Below are positions 1 to 12,555 of a stretch of DNA of 64,000 bases, piece after piece. Position 1 is the first letter of the stretch; each line of letters begins with the position of its first letter. Source of the DNA: Amphiscolops sp. MND2022 (Eukaryota); contig OZ076409.1 of NCBI GenBank assembly GCA_964187785.1, forward strand, positions 12,836,001 to 12,900,000, given 5' to 3'. The notes under the pieces are model-generated. The model worked only from the letters and a program-made list of their open reading frames with translations. It did not search any database and was not told the origin of the DNA. The translations under genes and the position numbers were made by a program.

Positions 1-1774
1 GCTTTGTTAATTGTCGATGAAATGAGTATGATTCGCGCTGATTTAATAAATCAGCTCCACGAAAGGCTTCAACAGATCAAACAGAATGATCGATTGTTCG
101 GCGGTGTTTCCATTCTTCTGTTTGGCGATCTTCTACAATTGAAACCGGTCCGTGGTCGATACATTTTTCAACAGCCTCGGTGTCAGAAGTATGCCGATTT
201 TTACGAGTTTTGCAATCTTTGGACCAAGTTTCTATCGGTCGTGCTCAAAGCTAATCATCGGTCAGTACATATTCCTTTTTTTTCACATAATTTATGTTGT
301 ATCTTGTTCAATCCTGTGTTTTGAGTCAAAAAGGTGATGACAAATGGTTACTGACATTGCAACATGTTAGAACTGCAACCTTGTCGGATGATGACGTCAC
401 GTTTCTTTCGTCCTTGCAGCTTTCAGAAAGTGATCCGCGATTGCCAGCCGACGCAACACGTATTTTTTACACAAATGCGGAAGTAGACGCCTACAATGAT
501 GAGAAACTCAGCAACATATCTGGTGAGATATTTGTCTCCAAGTCCGTCATTTCTTCTCCGGTAGGATGTCGCCCAAAAATACTCAACGGAAGGGTTGATG
601 ACACAGCTTTCGCCGAGTCAGTTTGTTTGAAGGTTGGATGCAGGGTAATGCTGGTGTACAATGTGGACGTAAAAGATGGTTTGACCAACGGCCAACTTGG
701 TGTAATTGCGGGAATAAATACATCTGATGCCTCTCAAATTGATTGCGTTTTTGTGAATTTCGACAATGAGAATGTCGGGGAATCCCTGAGGAAACAATAT
801 TCACAATTCCACCGAATGTATCCTGGAGCTGTTCCAATTTCAAGTGTTTTGTCTCATACCAGCTGAGAGGAAAAAATCAACATGGTGCCCGCTCGCATCT
901 TCTACAATTACCTCTTCGATTAGCTTGGGCTTTAACATGCCATAAAGTCCAAGGGCAAACATTTCCTGACGGACACAAAGTAATCATAAAGTGGGACAGA
1001 TGTCTACAATCAGGAATGGCCTACGTCATGCTCAGTAGATCCAGAAATTCAAAAGACATAGCAATAACCGGTCAGTTCAACCCAAGCCAAATCAGGTGCA
1101 ACTCAGAATCCAAGCTCATGTGCGACTTCCTCGCACTGCCTGAAAGATCCCCAACTTCAACAGCCAATAATTTCATGATGACACAAAATCTCACCCTGTG
1201 CTGTCTCAACATCCAATCGTTGAATGCAAATCTTGCGGACCTACTAGCAGATGACCCTGTTTTATCGGCTGATATTCTGATTTTTTCTGAAACTTATCTT
1301 GGAAGTGGGTTTCCAGTTCCTCAAATTCATCCCAAATTTTTACTAGACGAGCACATTAAAGATGGAAGAGGTCGTGGTTTGAGCATATATTCTTGCGATA
1401 ATAACACGCATTTTCAACTTCATCAGTCTTTGATCAAGTTTAGTTTACCGGTTCTCGGTTTTTCAGTAATCGGACTTTATCGAACACATCAGACTTCAGT
1501 GTTGACATTCGTGGACAACCTTATGAATTGTATAACAGCCGAAACTGCCCTGATAATGGGAGACTTCAACTTTTCTGATCCATCCCGCATTGAAGATTTA
1601 CTCATGAACCTAGGCTTTCGGCAAGTCGTTTCTTCACCTACGCATCAAGCAGGGAATAAACTTGATCTTTGTTTCGTTCGTTTCCTTGATATATCATTTT
1701 TCATCCATCCTTGTTATTACTCCCATCATGACTGCCTTTGCACTACTGTAAACAACATGAAGTCTTCGCCTTGA
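1..1774 (+). mobile_element. 3' part of a Helentron (Helitron2-type) RepHel ORF: PIF1-family helicase fused to an APE-like endonuclease; runs off the window start, one frameshift near 845-860
   Basis: PIF1 motifs IVDEMSM, FGDLLQLKPV, LKVGCRVML..N..DGLTNG and, after the frameshift, QLPLRLAWALTCHKVQGQT and AYVMLSR. The same frame continues into EN motifs NIQSL, SET, GLYR, MGDFN, PTH..GNKLDL, YSHHD. Confidence 0.88.
261..325 (+). other. Predicted 65-bp spliceosomal intron in the Helentron helicase
   Basis: GTCAGT donor, T-rich interior, AG at 324-325. Removal joins ORF 4..324 to ORF 294..866 in frame and restores the helicase motif NHRQ. The GAG acceptor is atypical. Confidence 0.7.
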
Positions 1775-2949
1775 TTTGTTTCTTTTATTAACAACTGAGA
1801 TTCAACATTTGATTTGTCTAGGATTTGTTCAATTTACAATATGCCGATACTTTTCTTTTTACTCACTTCTCTGTAGAGTTAACTTGAGTTGAGAATATCG
1901 AATAAAAGTTTGTAATCGATTGAAGTTGGCTTCTACTGAAGATTAACGATTCAAGTAAAGTATACTCGCATATGAAGACTAAAAAGTTTTGATCCATGTT
2001 TGATTCACTGTCAAACCAAAGAACCCATTCTGTATGTGCCATGTTTAAAGATAAATACTTTTGTCGAATCGTTTCGGATCTGAGGTTACATTGTTTAGTT
2101 CGACACCAGGTCTCTAGTTCGGATCGCGACACATGCTCGAATTTTCAGTACCTCAAAGACAATGGACGTTTCAAGGTCATTTTATCAACTTGAACTACGG
2201 CTGTCCAAAACATACTGAAATCGTCAGATCTTCGTCCAAAACAAAACTGCCGTCCAGAATCTCGAGAACGTACTAAGGATCCCCACTTTGGCTGCTGTTT
2301 TTAGGTTGGATTTTTTGTTGGCACTATGATAGTCCTTTCAAAAATTTTTGATTGAATCAAAATTTTGCCTTTTTTTATATTTCGCACCCACATGGAGTTT
2401 CAAAAAGCCCAAATGGTCCCCTTTTCAGATTTTCCGGCACGACAAAACTGTTCAAAATTGTCATTTTTCGTTTGATATTAGTTTTTTCAATATATATCAA
2501 CGAATAATTTTTTAATATATTGACGTAATATCCGGAGTAGTGTACTAAATCCGATGTTTTGACGTTGTATCCGAACTTTATCGTGTTTATGTAAGGACGA
2601 GGCGGAGGTTCGCAAATAAGCGGTCCCATTTACCACAGCACGTTATATCCGAACTTTGGAACGTTATATCCGAAATAATTTGCGTTTTAGTGAGGAGGAG
2701 CCGTAGGATCGAAAACAGCTCTCGCATTCGTCCGAGCAGGCGATATCCGAACTTCTGAAGCGTTTTCCAAGCACGAAAGTCTTCCTCTTGGTGGAACATT
2801 TCGTAAGTTTTTCATTGAACAAACGTCATGAGCATATCTTGAAAACATTGCCCTTTTTGAGCCTTAGATATAGCGCCGACATTGGCCGTTCCCGGCTTGT
2901 TCAATTTCTAGGTTCTTGTGCGTACTCAAAGTGTTAAAATCGACTCATG

Positions 2950-3600
2950 TTTGACAGCAAATTCTCAAGGGTCCTTAAAAACGCTTACGGTTCCGTCCAT
3001 TAAAAATCAAAAGGTTGAACTTTGGCATCAATGATTCCCTTACTATCAACGGAGAGGTTATGAAGTCTACAAATGAAATGTTGGACTTTGGCATTTCAAT
3101 CTCTTTTGATCTCATTTGGTCCCCTCATGTTTCAGCTAAACCAGATAGGCGGAACGCAATTAGATATTCAACTTCTTGCGTCGGCATGTTCCCATCAACG
3201 TATCAATCAACATTAAAAAGCTCCTCTACCAATATCTGATGTCTCTTCTGACTTATTGCTCTCTCGCTGGGCACCCTTCTCGCATTGACTTCAGAATGCT
3301 TAAAAATGTTCAACGAAAAGTAATTTGATACTTTGTACCAGGTGATAACTACAACCAGTGTCTTTATCGCCGTCAAAACCTGCCTCTTTGCTACCAACTT
3401 CTGTCATATCAGATTTGATTTTCCTATGGAAAGCGTGGAATGAACAAGTAGACGTGGAATTCACCATAAAGAAAAAATCAAAGCCGATACAAACTCGCAG
3501 TTTTTATTTTTGCATTTGTATGCCTATAATCAAAAAGTTCACAAGTACCATTATTTGCTTGCATCGTCCTTTTAAATGTGCAAATGAGCTGATTAGAAAC
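2950..3600 (+). pseudogene. Degenerate C-terminal RT region of a CR1/L2-type LINE
   Basis: INGEVMKSTNEMLDFGISISFDLIWSPHVSAK matches the DLG(I/V)..S.DL.W..H motif downstream of LINE RT; many stops and frameshifts. Confidence 0.6.
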
Positions 3601-3999
3601 ATTATGCTGAATTTTGACCATCCATTGCAGGCTTTGCAACAGGTGAGTTCAAATAAAATTCGCCAAGTTATCAAGAACGGAGGCACGGAGACTTGCCGAA
3701 TTTATATCTTTTAGGTGCTCTCCAGTGAACATTCAATCATCTCTCAGTGTTATGATGTTGTTTATTTCATATCGTTGTTGCCTTGAAAAGAATTCCCAAA
3801 AATTCACGAATAGTCGAGCCGTGATACCCGAATTTATTGATGTTTGTGTAACCCCGTCAAATTTTGCCTTGTTTTGCTTATTGCTCTCCTCTGTGAGCTG
3901 GTTGTTGGAAAAATCACCTCGGGGAAGTAAATGTCAGATTTCATCATTTAATGCAATCATCACCAAGCGTATTCGGGATGGTGTTACTGAGAAATACCA

Positions 4000-5860
4000 A
4001 AACACGACGTGAAACCGCAACAAAAAAGCGAGTTAGATCAACAACTGCGTTCCATTTGGTTCCAATAAGTCGAAGATAATGTTAATGACGAGATTGCAGA
4101 TTTCACTGTTGACAATTACGCGGCTCTCAAGCTGAAACATCCGCAGAGGGAAACTTGCTCTGTTCCGAACCCCACAGATATCGATTGTTTTTCAACCTCG
4201 GAGTCCTTCGTTGACAAGGCTCTAATGTCCTTCCCCAACAGCTCTAGTGCAGGTTTGCAAAGCTTTTTCCCCAAAAATTTTAAAAATTGACTGCCAAGTC
4301 TAACGAGCAAACTGAATTGAATGTTCCCAGAGCCGTAAAAAGTCTTGTGAATGGAATTATTTACGCTAAAAAACCCAATCAAGGATTTCATCTTATTGGT
4401 GTAGGCAAAAGTTTACTCCGGTTGTGTGCAAAATGTGAGAGATACTATGTCTTTGAATCACGTCAAGCAAGACGCGGAAGTCGACAAGTAGGTGCAGACA
4501 CCAATTAGGGCGCTTAATTGGCTTCGCAAGTGTTCCGTTGTGTGATAGAAAGCCATAAACCCAAAGGAAACGTAATCTTGAAAACTGACTTTGAAAACAC
4601 TTTCAACTCGATAAACTAATATTTCATGCTGGAGAAAACTTTTAAAAGACACCCTGAAGTTTATAAGTACTCACACTTGGGGTACAGTCAACCAATTTTA
4701 CTGTTTTACTGTGATTCAGTAATCAAATCTTGTAAAGGTACCAACAAAGAGATCCTGAGTCTCCAGTTTCATTTTCGAATTCAATTCAGGATCTGATTGA
4801 CAGTTTGAAGACCAAAATAAACTTATGGGATCTCGACGATGTAACTTTAAGTGATGATTACAGAACCGTTTTCAAAGATCTCAAAATAGTGTTGAAGCAG
4901 AAAAAACATCGGGACTCAAAATTAAACCCCCGAAATGTGAAATGTTTTTCTTTGGTGATATTTCTGAAAAACGACGATCGACAGTTTGTGCATCTTTGCA
5001 AAAAATCTGCCCCATCAAAACGCCAACAAAAGATGAACTTATTGTTCTTTCTTCAACGCAAGGTCCAAATGGGTGGTCTTAGTATTTCATCTGCATCATT
5101 ATTAGCATTTCCCGCCTTTTTTAGCCTCAGCTTTTGGTGAGAAAGACGTTCTCACAACAATTGTCTCTGACACCTTCGAAGATGTATCGTTCACAAAAGC
5201 GCTTGAGAAAGAGCTGAGTTTAACAAATGAACACAAAATTTCTTCCGATGGAACCCTGAAAAAGTGCACCCAAACAGTCTATATCAAATTTGCTCACGAT
5301 TTAATTTCTAGAAAGGATTACATACGTTCGAAGGTTTTTACCTCTCATCAAGGCGAATAGGGTCTCAGTGACTGAACTCAGTTCTTTGCAAGAACCTTGG
5401 CCTGATCCTTGATGATCAGCAGCTTCGGATTTTGATTGAGGTACGTCTCGGATCCAACAACTGTGTGGCACATACGTGCAACTGTGGTAAAAGTTTACCA
5501 CGGCCTTTCTTTCACAAAGAGTGCTGGTAGTTTCTCACGTCATGCAACTCTCAGTTTTCTCAGAAAGGAGACGTTGGGATCTCTCGATTTGCCTTTAATG
5601 TTTGAGCCGCTTCGACTGTACGGAACTGATGACAAACACGCAGACGGTGTTTCCATGGTTCCTTCGGGGAATGGGTCAACAACTGGTGTCGGATGTCGCG
5701 GTTGTGGAAGCTCTTGCACTCAATCGTCTGAATCAACCCTGCAACCACCACCGGCACCACCGAGCCTGAAGCATCGTAAAATTAAGAAGTATCCCGAAGA
5801 AATAGACAATGGATACATGTTTCAACCGGTGGTCATGGAAGTACAGGGATCATAATAAGG
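4000..5860 (+). pseudogene. Degenerate CRE-like (restriction-like endonuclease) non-LTR retrotransposon, RT plus RLE
   Basis: Fragments LKTDFENTFNSIN (~4580), QQ.DP, WDLDDVTL (a WYLDDGTL-like RT core), GGLSI, DGVSMVP, KY and FQPVVMEVQG occur in the expected order. Confidence 0.7.
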
Positions 5861-6559
5861 CGAGCGAACTAAAAAGCAAGAACAAAAAGCGAGGATCCAT
5901 GATATCTGATGATGGGGAAAAAGTCCCAGAATACTGACGCTGTTCTAGTCACTTCTCTTATAGTCGATTGACTTGATTTTTTTGTCGCGTCATTTGACTC
6001 AAAAATTTCACGACAAATGACCACAAAAATAAACCAAGTTCATTCTAACTCAAACAATGGCCTACAATGGCTATTCAACGCCAGGACTGAATTGAAGTTT
6101 TTAACGAAATGCTTGAGAAACAACAACAACAACAAAAGACGAAAAGTGACACGAAATGTTTAGCAATTTTGTTGTTTGTCTCAGTTGCTTCGCTCCCGTC
6201 GCCATGTAGCAACATTGGGGAATGACCATATGGCACGTGGTCCCACTTCGCTTCGCTTCTGCATTTAGGGAACTAGGGGTTTGTGAACGTACCTGACAAC
6301 ATGAGAGTAACAAATCCGACAAAATCTGCGGCGCTCTTTCAACTCTGTGATCCGGTAATCCGGAATCCGGCAAAATGATTTTAAGCCAAAAGATATTGGG
6401 TCAAGTGACAAATACTCGAGACATTTGGCTTGTAAAATTAAGGCCAAGTGACCAATTGTATAAGGTCAAATGACTTTAAGCCAAGTGATTTCAAACCAAG
6501 TGGTCAGTTACCCTGGTAACTCGTTTGTGATCAATCGCTGTCACCCAATTCACCAAAAT

Positions 6560-9019
6560 GAGTGATCGTTGTGCGAATGCGGATCATTTCCTCTCTCAGT
6601 GCAACACTGGCAGCGTTGTTCCACTTGGCACCTGACGCCAAGTAGTTTCACCCATGTACCTGAAGTTTAGAAGTTCTATTTGCCACGAAAGCAATTGAAG
6701 TATCGCCTAGCCAGTTTACGCTACAATCCAAACTCCATCGTATCAACTTTAATCAATAAACCCCACTTGAAAGAAATTAATGTTTTAACTGCTGCACAAT
6801 GAGGTCTCTTTGAAATCTTTTTTTTCTACTCCTTCAACTAGATCCCTTGAAGAAACAAGAGAGTCTGTCCATACGTGTTTCGACTGAATTTCCAACTTGT
6901 GACTACAGGATATAAACGATTGGCCCCCATACTGCAGCGCCCTGTTCGACTCGAAAAATGGATTGGGTTTTTAACGTGAAAAATTTTGATATACCAGTCA
7001 ATGAGGTATCTTTCAGGTTACTCACTGTGTCACAATATACAACAGAGCCCACATAGCCTTCTTCGAAGAAACGCAAAACAGATGTACATTCACATCTTGA
7101 AACGACTCGTTGCAAGCAGCGATTCGAATTTGGGAGAATTCGCTCAGACACATCAGTTTTGATTCAGAAGGAAAGGTAGCAATCCAGTCAGTTTTTTTTT
7201 GTTTTTTGCATCAAAACATCTTGCATTAGTTGCTTCAAAAGATGTCCGGCGAAAGTCGTTCGAGAGATTGGAATGCTGTACCAACGTCACTCAGTTTTTG
7301 TCGTTTGGTGAGCATTTTGATAAATTCCACCTTCAGATGTTTGACAGTGAGTGTGAACTTGTCCTTGATTGGACTCCAAACAAAGCCACGTGTTTTAATA
7401 GCAATGTTTTCTTTGTGGAGTTGAAAGTTTTCATCTGACAGCAAAGTGGCTCGATTTAGAGTGACCAGGTTGTTTTTGGTCGCTTCTGTTTGAACTTGTT
7501 CTTGTTTGTTCAATTACAAAAATGTTGTTTGTGTATTTGTAACTTTAGCATCATTCGCATTCAACAAAATGTTTTGCTCAGCGAACACTTTCTTCAAATT
7601 ATTTGATGTTTCACCGTTAATGTGTTTCAGAGTGACTATGGTGTGTTTGTTTGTAGGAGACAAATTATGAACTGGATGGGATCGTTATAAAATTTTCGGG
7701 AGGTCATTTTTGTTCCAATTAGAATTTATGAATATTGAAACATGTTTGCTGAAAAACATAAGTTTCAATTTATTATATTTGTCGCTGCTTTAATGTCAAA
7801 ACTGCCCAACCTGCCTCACAGCACTCAGGAGGAATATTTTGGATCAGGCAGGCATCACCATAGGTCCCTTTCCAAAAATAAAATCAACCTTGTTTTAGAT
7901 TCGCAAGGGTTTGCGATATTTTTGCTTCCTGCAACTTTTCGGCAAAACATAGGAAATCATCGACATAAAATTCGTAGAATTCGCGTTCAACGACTAGCTT
8001 CTCAACTTCAAGGGTATTCGGATACTTGGCACATTCATCTAGTGACCTGATTGCATAAAAAGAAGCTCTTGCAAAGATTCTGCCTTCAGTGATTCGATAC
8101 GGCACAATGGGTTTATTGCATTTTTGCGTCACAAACGTCTAGACACAGCTGTCTCAAATAGGACGCTGAAGATGACGCTAGTTTGCTGTTTACATTGTGA
8201 ATGAAATTAAATTGCATTGAAATGGCGGCAAAATTGTGAACGTCTCAGATGCATTTAAAATTAGAACTGATGCATGATAAAACTCGCAGAACTTCACGGC
8301 TTGAAATTGCCGCCAAAAATTTGATGATTCTTTGAAGCAGCATGATAAAAGTTGATGACAACAGGGAAATAATAACGCATTGAAGTTTCCGTAAAAGATT
8401 TAGAAAATCATTGAAAAAGTTGCTGGCAACTTTAAAGAACATATAAAAAGTTCAAGCAAGTTCAACAAGGGCTGTGGAAGTGGCGAGTGCCAAGTGATTT
8501 CACCATATCTGCTGACATGGAAACTTTGATCATACGAAACATGACTAAAAATTTAAAGAAAAGTCTTGAAAAATCGGTCAAACTAAAAATCATTCCATGA
8601 TTGTATCCGGTTGTACTTTTTGCACAAGCATCGAAATCGACACAAAATGTGGTAGAACTGTCTTTAGTTTTGAAGCAGTGAAACGGCAAGTCCGAGAGCC
8701 TCGGGAAATTCAATCAGCAACTCCTGTGAATTTCCGAAATTAATAAACTCTTGGATAAACGCATTGTATCATTTCTTTAAGACGATTCCAAATGCTCGTA
8801 ATTCCAATGCAAAAACTCTGCTTTCGGTAACGAATATAGCTTGTAATCCAAAGTCCTTGTAATCCAAAGTCCTTGTAATCCAAAGTCAAGCATGGCTTCA
8901 CGAGTCACTGAAGTGCTATTGGCATCCTCTATTATAACATGCCCTGTTTAAAAAAGAACTGTTTTTGTCACACTGTCAGCTCCACATTTATCATTTTGAT
9001 CTGTTTCTTCGACTGCTTG
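6560..9019 (-). pseudogene. Old BEL/Pao LTR retrotransposon pol relic
   Basis: FYVDDFL (RT), KTRGFVWSPIKDKF...LTKRQKLS (Pao K.LG..W...D...TKR..LS motif) and EEGYVGSVVY (DAS..AYG.VVY-like); heavily disrupted. Confidence 0.7.
8840..8887. repeat. Tandem repeat, 3 x 16 bp (CTTGTAATCCAAAGTC)
   Basis: Three exact adjacent copies read directly. Confidence 0.95.
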
Positions 9020-11197
9020 TGTCGTAAGCACGCGCGTTTGTGGATGTAGTTGGACCGTCTTTCTGACAGTCCATAAATGGCTTACTTCTCGAGATATCTC
9101 TGGAATCTGAGTTTCGCAGAACTTCGGAATATCCTTCCGGTCTCTCGGCCGGAACGTTCCATCTTTCTCTGGTCAATTGTCCCGATCCGGCCACAATGGC
9201 ATTTTGAATCTGGGGTAAAACCTGATTGCTAATTGCATCATTTATGGCTCTCTGTATCTGAACACTGACACTATTCATCATCTCGTCCATCTCTCTAGAT
9301 ATTCGGGAATTCAATTCACTCGACAGTCTATTTATCTCAGCACTAGAATTACCTCCAGCAGAGTTTTGGCCGTAATCGGCATTTGGACTAAGTCCGTCAT
9401 TTCTTGAATTTAAGTACCTGTTTTCATCATTATTTTCAAATTGATCACCAAAAGTACTTTCAGGTCTTCTGGTTTGATTACTACTGAGGCTTTCATCTCT
9501 CTCATTTCTACTGAAATGGTTTTCTCCGAGCATCATATCTACATTTTCAATGTCCGAAATTATCTCAACTCCTCTAGAATTTCTGGTTTTCTTCTGCTTT
9601 CTTGTTGTAGGCATTAGAAAGAAAGTCCGAGGTAAAACAGTGAATTAGGTTTTATTCGGAAAATAGGATTTTGTACGTTGTATCGTAAACAGGTATATCA
9701 AACTAAACTTGGAGAAGCAAAATACAATTGTGTCCCTCTCGGAAAAATACCAATATATATACCCCTGAGAGGGTGACACTCACATTCCTTGCATGACAAT
9801 CTATTTACAAATTCCATAAAGGGCACATGACCATGGCGGGTGACCACTAACATTCATTCATTTTTACCGGCGTCAACTGCATCAAAGCACTTAGGAATTT
9901 GTCCCGTTAGGGCCAAAGGGAATTCATACCTAATTCATTCGCAGCAAAATCATTTTGAGTTTACATAAAATATGGAATGCACTCAAATGCATTTTCTAAC
10001 TGCAAATACTATCATCAAAGGGGAGCGGAGGAATTTAGCCTTATTATATTAGGCAAACAACACTTTGACCAAACATCAAAACTAATACTTTCAAATTGTT
10101 TACAGTGAGAGGAATGTAAACTATTTAGCGGCACGTGCCTACACACGTGCGTAGAATCAACAAAACAAAGACACAGTTTCATGCAATAGAAATGAACATA
10201 ATATAGCAATATGGCCTAATACGGCCATTGGACTTGGGAACTGGCCAATAGTGAAGGCCGGAATAGGACAGGTAACGGGTATTCGGATTGCTACTACTGG
10301 TCGTTATTATTGCACTAATTGGATTTAAAAAGCTCATTAACATCTTCAAGTATATAAATATAATCTTACATGACTGTAAAACAAACTCATTCATGCTTAA
10401 AAGCATCTCTAATAATAATAAGCAAAATGGCCTAAACCGGCCATTTGCCTTTTGTCCTGCATTACCAATCTAATATAACGTCAAGTGGCCATATACGGCC
10501 AATCAATTAAAAATGTGTACAGCGCTTTACACAATCTGGCCTGAATAGGCTAATTGCCTCGTATTAAGTAAACATTATTAAAATACTGGTCAAACGGCCT
10601 TAACCGTCTGAAAGAGCTAAGTCTGTGGTGTAGTTAGTTAATACTGCACTAGAGGGGTTATTCAGCCTAAGAGTACAAGCACATGAATCCTGGTTAATAA
10701 TTAGCATCACAATTGCGCTTTTTGTGAAATGGCCGGAACCGTCTGACTGGATATTTATTAAAAGTAGCGAAGTTATGTCCACAGGCCTTATTCGGCCATT
10801 AATGAATGGAAATATTAACTGCGTAGCAAATGGAGTAATTTGATTGGACAAGGCCGCGTGCTCAAGTGACGTATCTGGTACGGGATTTTATCAAAAGCAA
10901 CTATAATTAAAACAATTAGCAATGCTTCTTCTAACACCTTTTATCATTGCATCTGACGTATTAAGACAGCTTCAAGTACTTTCCAAGAAAATAAACAGCA
11001 CTACTGATTAAATAGCACAGATTACTTGATGAAAGCTAAATAGGCCGGAACCGGCCATTGGACCAGCGTCCGCGAGCATAGTGGTTAGATTAAGGCAAGC
11101 GGCCATAACCGGCCAAATAATGTATTGCTGAGAGATAATGCTAATACTAGCTATACTGCACTGTGATTGGTTAATTTGCAGGAGGCAGCCTGCGACA
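9020..11197 (-). repeat. 3' LTR of element A (2178 bp)
   Basis: Matches 14950-17131 except for a handful of substitutions and a 4-bp GGCC indel near 10741. Confidence 0.97.
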
Positions 11198-12555
11198 CTG
11201 CGGGTGGAATAAATAAAAACGACCCTGCATTAAGTCAATTCAAATAAGCTTCCTTCATAATTGCTGTGACGTAGGCCGGCTCACCTCTTGGTGTTGATCT
11301 CCTTATCACTCCCGTCATCAGAATAGGTGTGAACAATGCTCAAGTTGTTAATATCAAATACACTCGTCTCAAGTGGGTAATTAACGAGTCGCTTGGAGGC
11401 AATTAACGGCACGCACCAAAGGTTTCTCTTAAAATGGTTTTAGCCAATCAAAATTGACTTTCGATAAAATGGAAATTGGTTAGTAAAATGGTGAAAATAA
11501 TAACTAAAATAATCCAGAATGCGGAAGTTCTAACTAAATGGTAATAAGGGCAACGGAACAAAACGGCAAAACGGAACAAGGTAAATGGCCATAATCGGCT
11601 TCTAACTAACTAATTTGTAAATAATGAGCAATCTTCTGTACATTTCGCTGGCAGACTCCATGCACAGTTTTAAATTCGTAAATAGCCATAAAATATTAAC
11701 CCGGTAATCTCTTCAGCCACGAACTCCAACTTTTCAATTTTGAGTATCATTATTCTAATTCCTTTATTATTTGGATTTTTGTTCATTTGAATTCATCTTT
11801 ACGACGTCCATCTCTCTCCGACTTCAACTTTGTTGCTGACTACATCTTCCTCGGAGTATTCCGGAGCATCTTCCCCTTTTCAGCCGAGCTCGGCCACTTT
11901 CCCCAACTTCACCAGCCGAATAAGGACGGTTACCCAGAAGGAGTTTCCATCACTGCAGGATGTCTTCAAACACAAGTTGATCTGGATTTTTATTTTGAAC
12001 TAATTTAACTTGATCAGGGTTAAAATTTGTTCACAAAATGCTTCCTGCTTCCATCACTAAACACGTGATAACACGTTTCATTCAAATTTTTAGAACACTT
12101 TCGAAAGGTTTCTGACGCGGCAAAATGGATTTCTTTCAAGGAAGCTAACCGCCAAATTTCATCTCTTTCTGTTTATAGAATCAGAACAAAGAGACTACTC
12201 GAACACCAGATCCCAATTCACCCGTGGGTACAGGTTATGCTGTTGTGTTTTCACCGCCCCTGTTTCCTCCTCTTAGAGTAGAGAGGTCCCCAAGTAGTAC
12301 TGACAGTGTTGATATTACAGCTTACGCTGACGAAAAGGTCAGACTCCATGCAGAGGCTCAATTGCTAGAAGGGTCACAGGTCGCTGAATCATTCATGGCG
12401 ACCAAGAGACAAAGGACGAAGAAGGAAGAAGGGTAGATGCAGTAGGAAGAGAAGTAGAAGGAGAGGTAGAAGCAGAGGGAGGAAGGACTTTAAAAATGAA
12501 AAGGAAAAGAAGAAAAGAGAGCAGTGTTCCTTCTTGGACGCTCATTAATCTTTTC

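Noticed and set aside
2851..2901. Small hairpin GCCG-TTCC-CGGC followed by TTGTT as a Helentron/HINE terminus
   Set aside because: Only a 4-bp stem and no matching subterminal repeat found; cannot be supported from this window.
10015..10851. Short ORFs duplicated in both LTRs of A (and 39281/52992 etc. in C)
   Set aside because: Duplication simply reflects LTR identity; no motifs, and one is broken by an indel between copies.
10213..11114. CRISPR-like array of GGCC dyads
   Set aside because: Repeats are too short and irregularly spaced, there are no cas genes, and the context is a eukaryotic LTR.
12393..12545. Minus-strand 50-aa ORF MSVQEGTLLSFLLFLFIF... as an env signal-peptide remnant of element A
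   Set aside because: Hydrophobicity follows from a CT-rich tract, the ORF stops after 50 codons, and no glycoprotein sequence follows.
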